Part shown: piece after piece, positions 1-13,684 of the stretch
Layout: the number at the start of each line of letters is the position of its first letter
Position numbering within the stretch: position 1 is the stretch's first letter
Origin: Malacoraja senta
Taxonomy: Eukaryota
NCBI GenBank assembly: GCA_038087875.1
Contig: CM075996.1
Location: forward strand, 6,140,001 to 6,204,000
Reading direction: 5' to 3'
DNA: 64,000 bases
The notes under the pieces: model-generated
What the model saw: the letters and a program-made list of their open reading frames with translations, nothing else
What the model was told of the DNA's origin: nothing
Databases searched by the model: none
Program-made: the position numbers and the translations under genes

Positions 1-1381
1 TTCCAAATAATGTGCATTGTATATTACCCTATACAAAAACCCTCACTATAAGTGACTCTAAGAACTCCTGACTCAAATTGCATTCACAATTGTTCTGAAA
101 TTTTAATTAATTTACTGAAACTAATATGCATTTCTGAAATGTTGAGTCCATCATTAAGCAGGATACTGCTGGAGCTCGGAATTTTAATGTAGAGCAGTGT
201 GCATCTCCTCAGTCAAATACCATTCAGTCCCATAATGCCAGCCTTATCCTGCTATAAATATGTGGGCTTATTCACCGCTTGTTAGAATAAGCCTCCATTG
301 AAGTAGAGGTAAGGCATCCTGGTCCCTATGTTTACATAGGAACAATAATAGACTTGCAGCCTCTCAGGCTTTTTCAGCTGTTCAACACCAGATTTTAACT
401 TTGACTCTGGCCTATCTGCCTTAATTCCATATCCTTTAGTATTCTTAACACATTTTTCATGTTAACAAATTTATCTAAAACTTTTTAATTCCCTTTGACC
501 CAATATCCATCCACAACCTTTACAGTGAAATTACTTTCAAGTTTTCACAACACTTTCTATGCAGTCTGCTTCCAGATTTTGCTTTTATATGACCAAGCGC
601 TAATCTTTAAATAACGATTGGATCCTTATCAATTTAATAATTTATTTAATCACCCCATGTGTACTCATGGGAATATAATCCAGGTTATGCTGTTTAACCC
701 ATTAACTCTCAGTATCATTCTGTTAAACCTGAACTGCACCCTTTCCAATATATATTTTCTGAGATGGAATGCCAAAAGTTGAACATAGTACGCCATATGA
801 AAACTGACCTTTGTTCCACATAATCAAAGCATTGCTTCCTCATTGGATATTCCAGGCTTGAAATAACGGCCAAGATTGCATTAGCTTTTTGGTTATATTT
901 GTGAACCTCCACTAAACACTACAACCAATTCCCGTGTGACCTACAAATAAGAATGGAAAGAAACCATCAAGAAAATCAGAAGCTAAATTAGTTGAATCTT
1001 CCTGTAAGTTTCAAATCCTTCTTATTCACGTGCTGTTCAATGCCAATTAGGTAACTCACTTAGCTGTAGAGTTTTGATGGTACCAGATTGTGTTCTGTAA
1101 CCTGTGGCCCAGGCCTCTTGACTGTGCAATCATATACTTCAAAATAGCAGCCCCAAAATGGTTGCATGATGGTTCCCAGTATAAAGATTTAATGGGAAAT
1201 ATAGCTTAAAAAGTATCCCCTGCATATTTTGAAAGAAAGAAAATGCCTAACTTCAAATCTTTTGAAGATTTCTCGTGAGGATTTGCTATACCAGTGCAGT
1301 TCTTGTGACAAACCTTACCTGTATTAGCCCCTGCATGTTGGAATTGCAGTAATAAGAGTGTTTCTGTGTGCATCTCTGCAG

Positions 1382-1424
1382 TGTGGTTTACCAGGATGGT
1401 GGATTTTATGGTGCCGATATTTAT
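1382..1424 (+). CDS. RBFOX2: RBFOX2 alternative exon, B40-type (43 nt here): VVYQDGGFYGADIY
   Basis: ctctgcag acceptor and GTAAGT donor; translation matches the RBFOX B40 exon (VVYQDGFYGADxY) with one extra Gly; TGCATG about 45 nt upstream. Confidence 0.9.
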
Positions 1425-2215
1425 GTAAGTATAAATATTATTTTACACTGTCTCCCTTCTGTTGATGAAGCCATTCTTTAAATCAGTATGCTAATACTTC
1501 CTTCAGCTGTGTGTTTTTCCATATCTGAGAGGTGTAAATTTCATAGTTTGATCCAGTTACTTAAACTTAAAACCAGTACCCTCAGTTTTGTATCCTGCTT
1601 AAGCTTTGTCAACTCTAAAGTTGTGCTCCTTTGCTAATAGTTGCAGTGTACAATATTCTGAATCCTTTGAGCATTGCACACTAAAAGAATCAGAGTTTCA
1701 TTTGGAATATCGTATTCACTTCATTGCTTTTGTATTGAGTAAACTTGACCTTTGCTGCACTGGTTCTGATACTGCATGTAGGTTATAAGGAAACCCTTGA
1801 TAAAAGTTGCTCAGGCTTACAGTATTGCTCACTAACTCTTCTGCTCTTTTTCATTTCTACTTTTAATTATGCTGAAATCTATTGGAAAAACATTACTGTC
1901 GAGTGTGCATTTGCCTTTGAAATTGTATCCCTCACCTTTTGATCTATAAATAGCAGCTGAAGTTGGCGAAATAAATGTTGTGACAGGTGCTCTGAGAGTA
2001 AATTTAACAAGTGTTCAACCTTTTCAATGTATGTAGTTGTGCAGCCTGTGACGACCTCTTATTTAAAGACCAAGTGTTAAAGGTTTATCAGTTTAAAGCA
2101 TCCTCCAATAATAGAATGGCTTTATCCAAGGAGGGTCTCTCTCTCTCTCTCTCTCTTTGCGGTTGTTTTTTTTTCCAGCCTCGTCGCCAATGTTCTTCCC
2201 TGTGTTTTATTATAG

Positions 2216-2258
2216 AATAGTGTATCAGGAACCAGTGTATAGCAGTAAGTTACCGCAG
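2216..2258 (+). CDS. RBFOX2: RBFOX2 alternative exon, M43 (muscle)-type: IVYQEPVYSSKLPQ
   Basis: Long pyrimidine tract plus tatag acceptor, CAG|GTATGA donor, exactly 43 nt, same phase as the B40-type exon; resembles RBFOX M43 peptides (xVYQEP...KLxQ). Confidence 0.88.
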
Positions 2259-5200
2259 GTATGATAGAAATGTGTGAAGAAACCAATCGCACAGATTGTG
2301 GATTGCAGTGAAAATCCTACTAACAGCAAAGACTGCAGTTAGGGATGGGAGCAGGCACCATATGGAGATAAAGCATTCCAGCAGAGTGCTCTGATTTCAG
2401 CAAGAGCTTAACACAAACGTGAACAAAAATCTCCCCTGCTAATTAATATAATTGGTAGGTTTATAACATGGATTGTGTCGATTAGTGACACAATGCATTT
2501 AATTTTGAATTATTAAAAGTGCTGAAGGGGAGCCTATCATTCTTTCAGTCCGATTAAAGGTTAATGCTGTAAAAAGGCTTTGTTCAGTTTGATCAGTCTG
2601 AAGAAGGGTCTCGACCCGACACGTCACCCATTCATTCTCTCCAGAGATGCTGCCTGTCCCGCTGAGTTACTCCAGCTCTTTGTGTCTATCTTTGATTTAA
2701 ACCAACATCTGCAATTCTTTCCTACATATAATCCGTTTCATCTCCTGTTTGGGTGGAACCTGGATATTCTAGGTGAGAGAACAGTTTTCCAATGTGGCAC
2801 TTGAGTGGATCACTTAGCAGATTTTATTTATTACCTTATTGGAAGCAAATACCCCCATATCCCATTCCATGGAAAACATTTTAACAGGAAATTGTTTTTT
2901 TCCAGACTTCTTGGAACCTTGCAATAGGGACTGTAAGAGAGACCCAGAGTAACACTAATTCCTAACTTTTTCCATCCCTTACAGCTAACCTGTTGCATAT
3001 ATGAATGGGTGTATAAATATTTTTTGCTCCCCAAAAACCCATTTCATTGACTGCTGAAAGGTTGGAATACTGTATCAGTCCGTTTCACCTAGTCACTGAA
3101 AATAGGTAATTATAATAGCCTTGTTTACACTGGGGCTTGGAAGAAATCTTTGAGGACACGTGTCTGTAATAAGGGAGATGAATGAGGTAATAAAAATTCT
3201 CCTTTGAAAAGAGTGGAAGCAATATCATCTGGAAACGTGAAACCAGCCTGCAGTACATTAATCATGCAAGAGAGTGCAGATAAAACCTAATGGGATCCAA
3301 GCATTGAATTCCAATGAACCAAGTCACTCTTATTCACTCAAATACATCATGGCATAAACACCACCATACGTTCCCATTAATTCACACTTCACTGCATTTG
3401 TGCAAAGTCTCAATTGAGTGCCTAACTTCAGAAATTTAGGAATTTCTTGTTCATAAATATTTAAATGCACTTCAAGTAGAATTGTTGCCTTCTGATCACT
3501 TTTCACTTGCAGCCTGTACAAGAACTGTTCAAGGCCTCTGAGGTTCAGTTTCCATGGAGATACAATTATATAACGTGATCACCAAATCTCTAGTAAAACA
3601 CAGAATCTAATCTAATAAAAACTGAATTTGATTCATTGATGTAGAACAATGGCTCTGATAAAGCAGACAGAATAGAGCTACTATATATTTTATCAAAAAA
3701 CATCCAATAATTCTGCCGTATTTGTTTTGGAAGTGAATACCTGAAACAGTACATCCCATTAATCACCAATGCCTTTCTGTGCATGACACTGGAGTCTGAG
3801 TCATTCTGCACAGAAACGGGCCCTTCAGCGCGCAGAGTCCATGCCAACCAACAACCACTCATTTATATTAATCCCATTTTATTCTTCCTACATTCTCATC
3901 AACTAACCCCTAGATTCTACCCCTCTACTCCACATTTGGGATAATTTAGAGTAGCAAATAGATCTACCGGCCCACTAGTGGGAGGAAACTGGAGCAGCTG
4001 GTGGTCACGGAGAATGTGCAAGTTCCACATAGTCAGTACTTGAGGTCAGGATTAAACTAGATTCCTGGAGCTGTGAGGCAACATCTCTTCCAGTTTCAGC
4101 ACCACCATGTCACCACCTTTTATACCAATTCTTTCTTCAGAATTACAGATCTCTGCTAGATTGTGGTTTTAATATGTTTTCAGCAGCTCGCCCAAATGGC
4201 TTTACTACTTGTGGATCTTGGCAGTGAATATCGGGAGGCTATTCACGTGCAGCATACTCACTAACTGAGCCAGATCCTGCTACCCTCCACACACCCTTCC
4301 CACTGTTTAGAACATAGAACCGGCATTTACCTTGTTGAGGGTCATTCCAGCAATTTGTCTCCCTACTTGAGACCTCTGTCCCAGTCCCACCCTCCCAACA
4401 CGATGTCCTTTCACACAACTTTGATTGGAAAATGAAGCTAGGGCTGGTGTTTTTGTCTTATTTTCTTACTGAGCCATGAAATGCCCACTCCTGCATTTCG
4501 CTACCCCTTGAAGAAGATGCAATTATCTATTATCTAATCTTTTTACCAAAGTTGCAAAACTTATTCAACGAGTGCATCAAATTCTACCTCCTCTCCGCCT
4601 CTAAATCTACTCTGGGCTACATGTTCAATTGAAACTAGAGTTCATGAAATTCATTGTTAAAAATAAAATGTTTTTTAGAACATATCTATGTCAATAAGGA
4701 GATAAATGTAAATGTATTCAAGATTTTTATTAAATCCTTTTGCTGGTCAGTAATGAAACTTACAAATAAAGTTAATTCCCACTGGCAATTACCAGAAGTA
4801 ATTTATTTTCCATAGATGCCTGACAAATATGCTGTAGAGTTTGGTTAGTATCTCAGCTCCCACCTCTAACTGCAGCAAGAACTCTTAATGTGGTTTGCTT
4901 GATGTGAACGTTAACCTCTTAGGTATGCGGGAGAGGCTGCAATGAATGAATGGTGATAGTGAATGTTTATTATATTTTCATACATACATTATATATATGT
5001 ATATAATACTGAGAATTGTGGCTGCACGCTCTAGTAATCCAGGCTGTTTCCTTCACTCGGCTTGCCATAGCAAATAGGGCTCAGGGCCGTCCACTGGAGA
5101 ATGCTGGGACGGCCAGAGTTAGTCTGTGGATCATTTGGTTGGTGATTGCTAGTGCTGTAGATACGAACATTCGCATGCTCCAATTTCTCCTGATTGACAG

Positions 5201-6319
5201 ATACCACAGCTTGACTGTTTAGAAAATAAAGATTCATTTGTAACTGCATATTTAATCTAATGTTTTAAAACTGCATTTGTTTTAATATGATCTACTACAC
5301 TTGGATTACAGATGGTAATTATACAACACATCTTTTTGGCAGTGCTGCTAAAGTAAAATTCCAAGCCGGGTTCAAAATCTGCTCTAGTTTTGCACATCTG
5401 TTAGACATTTCCTGTTCAACAGACTGCATTTCACCCACCCCCAGGAGTTCTGATTATAAAAGCAATTTATGCACGATTAATATTGGGTGGAATAGCAGTG
5501 AAGGCAATTGCACTTGGCCAGCTTAATGCTTCTTGGCTCAGTTCATGAAAGGCTGACATTTGGTGGGGGGCTGGAGGGATGTTGCAGCCCTTCAACTGTG
5601 CTGCAAAGTCCTGAAGAGAAATGAGGACAGGAAGGGGGGTGTTGTGCTTGAAGAATGGAAATTTATAACTAGTCCTTTTCATTTTTTTGTTTATCCCTAT
5701 GGCATTAGGATTGATATTTCTTTTCCCTTTCAGTCGCTACCTTCTGCTGAGAAGATCTAACCTTAAGATGGATGGATCTGTCTATCCTTTCACCATATGT
5801 GGAACTAAAATCAACAGCCAGTTATGTAGGGCAAAAATGCAATCCAGACTCTTGGTTTCATAATGGTACATAATATGCAGGCTCAGCAGATTCCCAAGTT
5901 ACTTGCATGTTAGCCTGTGGGTTTAATGGGGCATAGGTTTGATGGGCAGCGGGTGTTGGCAGATGTAATTTGCCAGTGAGGCCCCGAGCGAAGTCAGTAC
6001 AAGGCTTTTAGCTAAATTACTTGTACATCAAAGATGAAAAACTACCTGCAGTTTTCAGTGCCTCTCAAATTATCAGACATAATTCTTTGATAATTATACA
6101 GCCAGATATTTAAATTCTCACTAAAAATCGTTCATGCAATTGTTATTAAAAAAAACACATTTAAAGCAAAATCTGCACTGCTAATAATGAATGGTACACC
6201 CATTAAATGTTAATTTAACATACGTAACGTATGAAACAAATGCAGTTTTCCCTTCATTGCTTCGGTGTGTGTGGTGTGCACATGTTGCAGTGTTCTGAGA
6301 TATCTTCTTGACTTTCCAG

Positions 6320-6384
6320 GGTGGATATGCAGCCTATAGGTATGCGCAGCCAGCAACTGCTACTGCTACTGCATACAGTGACAG
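6320..6384 (+). CDS. RBFOX2: RBFOX2 exon: GGYAAYRYAQPATATATAYSD(S)
   Basis: tttccag acceptor, AG|GTAAGA donor, 65 nt; GGYAAYRYAQP motif of the RBFOX C-terminal domain; PATATA is RBFOX2-like. Confidence 0.93.
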
Positions 6385-8853
6385 GTAAGAACCTTTGTTT
6401 GTTTGCTTTGGAAGTCTTTGTTGTTACAACAAACTTTATGTGCTGGATCCTATTGTGCAGTTCCATCCTGAAGTTTCCAGTTTGGAACATTTATGATGAG
6501 AAACTATAAGTGCATAATTTCAGAGATTTCTGAAATGTTGTTATAATATGGGTTGCATTGCTGAGAGCACTGTATGGATTGCCCATGAGTGAATGAACAA
6601 ACAGCACTACTTTATATTAGAGACAGTGTCATTCTTCACCACCTTACCATTAGAATAAAATCATGGTCAGGTCAAAGACATGAAAACAAGAAAAGTACCA
6701 GAAGGGGTAAAGGCACATTTAAGTTATTTTATTTCTCTCAACGGTTTCGTGATTATTTTTTTCTCCGACTTATTCTTCCTAAAGATATTACCAAATGGGA
6801 TATTTTTTCTAAAGGCAATACTCTTTGCGTTGCTTTTTTGAACTAACCTAGTCTTAATGGAGAATCCCTTGACTTGAAGCCTTCAGATGAACGAGTTAAA
6901 GTGTAGCTGGAAGGTTATAAATGACGCCAAGAAAGCCTTCCATCTATTCAGTGGTGGCATTTTGACATCGCCTCAACCCTCACTGCTGGCAGGCACTATT
7001 GTGATCTTTAATGCTTGTTCTTCCCTATCACCATTACCCAGTATTTGAACATTTGATATAAAATAAGGCAGGCAGTTAATACAAAAAAGAATTATTTTAA
7101 TAGTGTTTCCCAGCACTCTATAATAATGTGTCCTCACTGATTCGCCGAGGGGCTGCCTGGATTTTTGCAATATTTGGGAGAGGATTCTGATATACTCTGA
7201 CATCTTCAGAAGGTTCTCGACCTGAAATGTCACCCATCCCTCACCTCCTTGGTGTGTTGGATTGTTGGTTGCAACACCAATGATAGAACAATCTGACAAT
7301 GAGAGCAAAAAGGTTTCCTTGCCTTATTTTGTGAACTTTTAAAATGTGACTACTTTCACTGTTTTTGGCGTGATTTGTTTTGTTTTGAGAAATGTCTTAT
7401 TTTTCGAAAGAAGCATATCAAGTTGTTTATATGCCATGAATTTCACAACCAGTGCACCAGATGATTGATTTGATATGGTCAACCTAAAATCCCTTGAGGT
7501 GATCCTTCAGCCAATTCCAGACCTATAGAGAATTTCTGTTTTAAAGGTTACTAACATTATTTAGCTTCACTTTATGAAAGGTATTGTATTCTCAGAGTTT
7601 AGATTCAGTTTTCATCTGGAATAATGTAGGTAGCCAGCAGTGGTGCTGATGGCATGCAGTCTCTGAACCCAGTTCAATCCTGACTGAATGCTCTCCCCGT
7701 GACCTCACGTGTTTCCCCATGATGTTCCCGTTTCCTCCCACAAGACGTGCTGATTGGAAATTTAATTGGCTACCATACATTCAACTCAATGATTCCATGA
7801 TACTTTATTGTCACACATGTACCTAGGTACAGTGAAATGCTTTGTCTTGCAGACAAACCTGGTAAAATCATAGATAGACACCAAATGCTGGAGTAACTCA
7901 GTTGGATAGAAGGAATGGGTGACATTTTGGGTCGAGACCCTTCTTCAGACTGAGTCAGGGGAGAGGGAGTCACAGAGATAAGGAAGTGCATGTGATCACA
8001 CAGCAGACCTCGCCTAGGCAGTACACAACTGTACTACACCACAAGTGTATCTACGTCTTGGTGTAGCAGGGTGGGAGAAGAAGCGCGAGAGAGAGTAGGT
8101 CATATGGAAGTAAGTGCGGGAATGGGGTTGTGATCGTGATAGATAAATAAGGCATTTCCTGAATCTGCCAATGACATCATCTCACCTCAAGCTTGGTGAT
8201 AATGAGCTTTCTCCAATTTTCAAATACTTAACCAATTCTCCTTTGTATAAGACTGGTGCTTTTAATATAAAGTCATAATGCTCCCTATTTAGTAATCTAC
8301 GTGATTGAAATCCCCCTTCCTATAATCCTATTTCTGAGTTTATTTCTGTTTGCTTCCAATTTGCTAGCCAGAGGGCCATTATTTCATTTTATATCCTCTT
8401 AAAACCTTTCATATTTTGAAACCTTCATTAAATCCACCATTAATCTTCCTCATTATAGTGAAAAAATATATGTTAAATCCTTACCTTCAATAAACCAGTC
8501 CTGATGTCTTTGATTTCACAGAGTTCGAATAATAGCCTTCTTTCTATATACTATATTCAGAAATCCTTGCAGTACACTAACTATACCCTAGGCTTCTATG
8601 AAACATCCAGTGAGAGTGTTAGAGTTACAGTATCTGTTTTAAACTCTGCACAGGCAACATTATAAAATCTAATGTTCTTTTTCTTTAGGATGTTTCCCAA
8701 GTGCTTCCACATTTAAAGATTTATGTTAATTTCTACAACAGGAAATATTACGATTCTAAATAATACCATTTGTCTTTAGTGTTGCTGTCCTTGCTTTCTT
8801 TGAAATAGAAAAACGTACTCCTTGGCCATGAGTTCACCTGTGACTTTGAAGGT

Positions 8854-9002
8854 CCCTCTCGCTCTCTCTGTGTCTCTCTCCTTCTCTCCTATCCCTCTCT
8901 CCCTCTCCCCCTCTCCCTCTCTGCCTCTCTCTCTCTCTCTATCTGCCTCTCTCTCTCTCTCTGCCTCTCTCTCCCTCTCCCTCTCTCTCTCTGCCTCTCT
9001 CC

Positions 9003-9046
<44 letters not shown>

Positions 9047-9355
9047 GGGTCTCTGTCTGTCTATAGGTCTCTCTCTCTCCCTGGGTCTCTCTCTCTCTCT
9101 GTCTCTCTCTCTCTCTCTGGGTCTCTCTCTCTCTCTCTCTGGGTCTCTCTCTCTCTCTCTGGGTCTCTCTCTCTGGGTCTCCCTCTCTCTCTCTCTCTGG
9201 GTCTCTCTCTCTCTGGATCCCTCTCTCTCTCTCTCTCTCTCTGGGTCTCTCTCTTTCTCTCTCTCTGTCTGTCTCTCTCTCTCTCTGAGTCTCCCCTCTC
9301 TACCCCTCTACCCCTCGTTCCCTCGCTCCCTTTCTCCCTCTCTCCCTCTCCCCCT
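8854..9355. repeat. Interrupted (CT)n polypyrimidine microsatellite with recurrent CTGGGT units
   Basis: Directly visible; explains the spurious SLSL ORF 8822-9406. Confidence 0.95.
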
Positions 9356-9525
9356 CATAATGTTCGGGGCAGAGAGGGTAACCGTTGTGAAAATGCTGTT
9401 TGTTGAAAGGGTTAATATGAGCTACAAGTAGAAAATAGACTCCAACATTGCTGTTTATGCTTTATACCATATAAGCCAAGCATTTCTGTTTTTACATCAC
9501 AAATAAATGCCTTGCCTCTTTTCAG

Positions 9526-9598
9526 CTATGGGCGTGTTTACACGGCAGATCCCTATCACACGCTTGCTCCTGCGCCTACCTACGGAGTCAGCGCTGTG
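9526..9598 (+). CDS. RBFOX2: RBFOX2 penultimate exon: YGRVYTADPYHTLAPAPTYGVSAV
   Basis: ttttcag acceptor, GTAAGT donor, 73 nt, phase continuous with neighbouring exons; YGRVYTADPYH matches RBFOX2. Confidence 0.93.
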
Positions 9599-10164
9599 GT
9601 AAGTCAACCATTATATTTGTTTCTTTAAACAACAAATTAGTGAATTACCGTCTTTAACATTAAACACACTGCGGGATTATAAAAGATTGAAATGGGCACC
9701 TGGTCAAATGTCATGTCAGGGGAGGCCTGGATGGCTGAAACGGTAGAAAGTGGTTGATGCAACCAAGTGACAAAGATTCTTGCTGGGTGGGATGACACAA
9801 GACACAGCATTACAATCATTGAAAGATATGCCGTTGCAGAAAATGCTTAGGCTACGATTGGGTGGGTAAAGTTGGAACCAAATGAGGGCAGACCCATGAA
9901 ACATCACAACTGAGAAGAGACGTTGGGAGACGTAGGTGTGACAAATCCTGTCATGAACTGCAGAAAGATTCATAGAGGAAGGTGTAAGATGCCCAAAGTC
10001 GGCGTATTGTCAATCATTGCTGTGATAAGAGCGGAAACCTGTTAGGAGATTGAAAAGTGGAATTCTGGCCTTGGTCAAATTCAAGGAATTTAAGAAAGAA
10101 AGAATATTGAATATAATGCAATGGTTTGATGTAACAGAAGATTAGATCTTTTGTCGACGTATGA

Positions 10165-10467
10165 GTTTTACTTTAGAGGTACAGTGGGGAAACAGGCCCT
10201 TCGGCTCACCGAGTCCATGCCGACCAGCAATTCCCGCACACTAGCACTATCCTACACACACTAGGGAAAATTTACAATTTTACCAAACCAATTAGCCTAC
10301 AAACCCATATGTCTTTGGATTGTGGGGGAAAACTGAAGCTCCTGGAGAAAACCCACGCAGGTCACGGGAAGAACGTACAAGTTCCATACAGACAGCACCC
10401 GTACTCAGGATCGAACCCGGATCTCTGGCGCTGTGAGGCAGCAACTCTACCGCTGCGCCACCATGCC
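10165..10467 (-). mobile_element. tRNA-derived SINE (HE1/V-SINE-like)
   Basis: Reverse complement of the GGTGGCGCAGCGGTAGAG (A box)...GGTTCGATCC (B box)...GAAGGGCCTGTTTCC tail seen in the other copies. Confidence 0.85.
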
Positions 10468-11044
10468 TTGGGTTTCACAGCTACAAACAGATTCAGTTTC
10501 ACAGCTAGTCTTGATGAGAATTGATTTCAACTTCTAAGCTGATAATAAATATATTTGTTGACAGTACATCAAGGTCAGTTCTAAACCCTTATTTGAATCC
10601 ACCTCGAAGCACGTTTTGAAATTTAATTTGTTTGTGTTTTACCATCAGGTCTGTAGATTCCATGATGGTTATTGAGGCAGAGTAGGACCTGTGCACACTG
10701 CCACAGGTGGTGCAGGAGGTGTGGTGGCTTGGCAGGTGGTGCATTCACTCTGTCATATGCATTGGGCTTTTTTGTTCCTGAGTATCCATTTGCCATCCAG
10801 AATGCTGCTGCTCCGTTTTGAGCAGCTGTGAACCAGGGATTCCCATGTGTCATTGGGAATGCTGCGTATTTACAAGGAAGCTTTGAGGGGGGTCCTTGAA
10901 TCACATTGGTTTTCTCCCTTTTATCCACTTGGTGATCTTTTACGGTGACAAAGCTCTGAGTGGAGTATCTGTTTCAAGAGTCTGGTGTTGGGGATATAAA
11001 CAATGTAGCTTTGGATGGCGCTGCGCCAGAGTTATTACCCCACA

Positions 11045-11842
11045 GCGCCAGTGTTGTTGCCTCACAGCACCAGATACCCAAGTTCAATCCTGATTACGGG
11101 TGCGATCTGTACAGAGTTTGTATGTTCTCCCCGTGACCACATTGGTTTTCTCCCGGTGCTCCGGTTTAATCCAACGCTCAAAAGAAATACAGGTTTGTAG
11201 GTTAATTGGCTCGGTAAAATTTTACATTGTCCTTGGTGTGTAGCATAGTGTTAGTGTAACAGGGTGATCGCTAGACAGCGTGGACTTGGAGGCCGAAGGG
11301 CCTGTTTCCGCGCTGTATCTCCAAATTTGAGGAAGGACATTCTTGCTATTGAGGGAGTGCAGCGTAGGTTCACGAGGTTAATTCCCGTAATGGCGGGACT
11401 GCCCATGTCGAAAGAATGGAGGGCCTGGGCTTGTATACACTGGAATTTCGAAGGATGAGAGGGAATCTTATTGAAACATATAAGATTATTAAGGGATTAG
11501 ACACATTCTGGGGGCAGGAAACATGTTCCCGATGTTTGGGGAGTCCACAACCAGGAGCCACAGTTTAAGAATAAGGGGTAGGCCATATAGAACGTAGATG
11601 AGGACAAACTTTTTCACCCAGAGAGTTATGAATTTGTGGAATACTCTGTCTCACAAGGCAGTGGAGGCCAATTCTCTGGATGCTTTCAAGAGAGTTAGAT
11701 AGAGCTCTTAAAGATAGCGGAGTCAAGGGATATGGGAAGAAGGCAGGAACGTTGTACTGATTGTGGAAGATCAGCCATGATCACAGCGAATTGCGGTGCT
11801 GGCCCGAAGGGCTGAATGGCCTACTCCTGCACCTATTGTCTA
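11045..11842 (+). mobile_element. SINE joined directly to a 5'-truncated CR1 LINE 3' end
   Basis: SINE body ends at CGCTGTATCTC and runs straight into CR1 ORF2 C-terminus ([22 protein letters not shown]) and 3'UTR. Confidence 0.8.
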
Positions 11843-12769
11843 AGTTGAAAGCCCACACTCATCAAAGCTCACGAGAGGAAGCTGACATCTATCCTGCCAA
11901 TGCTTTTGGAGGATGTTTCCAAAACAATGAACCTTTCTCCCACCTTCTCCCTGTAACCTTTGATGCCTTTACTAATGAAGAACCCATCAATCTCAGCTTT
12001 AAAAACACCCACAGCAGTCTGTGGCAATGAATTCCACAGATTCACTACCCTCTGGCTAAAGAAATTCCTCCTTGTCTCCATTCTAAGAGAAACATATTTG
12101 CTCCTGTTCTTTAGAATGTGGAAATACAAAGAAAATAGTTTTGTTTAAAAACATTTAATCAGTGATGTTGAGTAAATGATTGTGGTCTTCAAATTAATAA
12201 AAACAACCACCTTTCTGGTTTGAAACTCTGGGAAGTGGGAAGGCGATAAAGAATCAGGGCATGAAATTGTTCGAATTTCTGTCTGCAGACATACTCACAC
12301 TGTTAGTGTTATCGGGGAACCTGCGAAATGTTTTAATTTCACCTTGTCTGTGAGATTGTGCGCACTCAACTATCTGATCAACAAATCTCTGGAACATGCG
12401 TATAGGCGCTAGGTTCAATTAAAGTGATTGATTGTGTTTTTATGGTTAATGTGTCTATCCAAGTTTCAATTGAATTCCTGTACTGCTGATTGATGAGGAG
12501 GCCAGGTACAAAATGTTTACTGCTGCCTCTCTCCACAACTATCAAAATAAAACTTGCCAGGCTTGAGAACTTCTCACAGACGTACTTCTCAGTTCTCTGC
12601 TGATTCTTTTATTGACCTAATTTTAACTCTCCTGACTGAGCACAGACTGACTGAACAGTTAGCCAGCTGTTGACGCTACATATTGACCACCTGAAACTAC
12701 AGGTCTCGGGTCAGGGCAATTGAGTTTCTTACCGAAGGTCTCCTATGTTTATCCTAATAGTTTGAATTG

Positions 12770-13047
12770 AGCAGCGGTAGAGTTGCTTCCTTACAGTGCT
12801 TGCAGCACCGGAGACCCGGGTTCGATCCTGACTATGGGTGCTGTCTGTACGGAGTTTGTACGTTCTCCCCATGGTTTTCTCCGAGATCTTCGTTTTCCTC
12901 CCACACTCCAAAGACGTACAGGTTTGTAGGTTCATTGGCTTGGTGTATGTGTAAATTATCCCTAGTGTGTGTGTAGGATAGTGTTAGTGTGCAGGGATCG
13001 CTGGTGGGCCGAAGGGCCTGTTTCCGTGCTGTATCTCTAAACTAAAC
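12770..13047 (+). mobile_element. tRNA-derived SINE (HE1/V-SINE-like)
   Basis: A/B boxes, conserved core, CTAAACTAAAC tail. Confidence 0.85.
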
Positions 13048-13684
13048 GGCAGATTTCCTGAATGTGCTGACCTGAGATGAGATTGAATAGCAGTATCTTG
13101 GAAAGTTCAATCACTTATTTCAGCCAGGGCAACAATTGATTCACAGTGCAGTTCAGGAGTGGGGAGATATCGAGCACCCATTCTCAATCGCTTTCCATTC
13201 TCTCCATACGAGAGAATAAATACCCGTTTTCAAGTGTGGGCAAAATTAAGTTCTGGTGTATGCTCCAAAACACCTAAATAATCTGCCAGCACTCACCCAT
13301 ATGTTAAAGCAGCAGTACTGAAGATAGCAACTGGCATTCCAAACTGCATTGGAGAAGAGATGGTCACAGGTCAAATAAAATACCAAATCATTCATTGCAC
13401 TTTGCTTTGCAGTTGTTACAGTCCCTGGAGCTTTATTTTAATGCAAGTAGATTAAAAGATAGTTTCCTTCTTTCATCTCTTCAAATTGTAAATCCTGTTA
13501 ATATATGGTTCTCTCTAATGGCCCCTGGTCATTAACTCCAGGCGTTAAGTGTCTCCAGGCTATTCAAACATGGCAACAAGTTTGAGCCTGTCCTTATTTG
13601 ACATGTACAGTGCCCTTCATGATGTTTGGGACAAAGACCCATCATTTATTTATTTGCCTCTGTACTCCACAATTTGAGATTTGT

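Noticed and set aside
2259..6319. Homologue of the small frameshifting exon recalled from mammalian RBFOX2
   Set aside because: No convincing sequence match found by eye.
8822..9406. 194-aa Ser/Leu ORF
   Set aside because: Translation of a (CT)n microsatellite.
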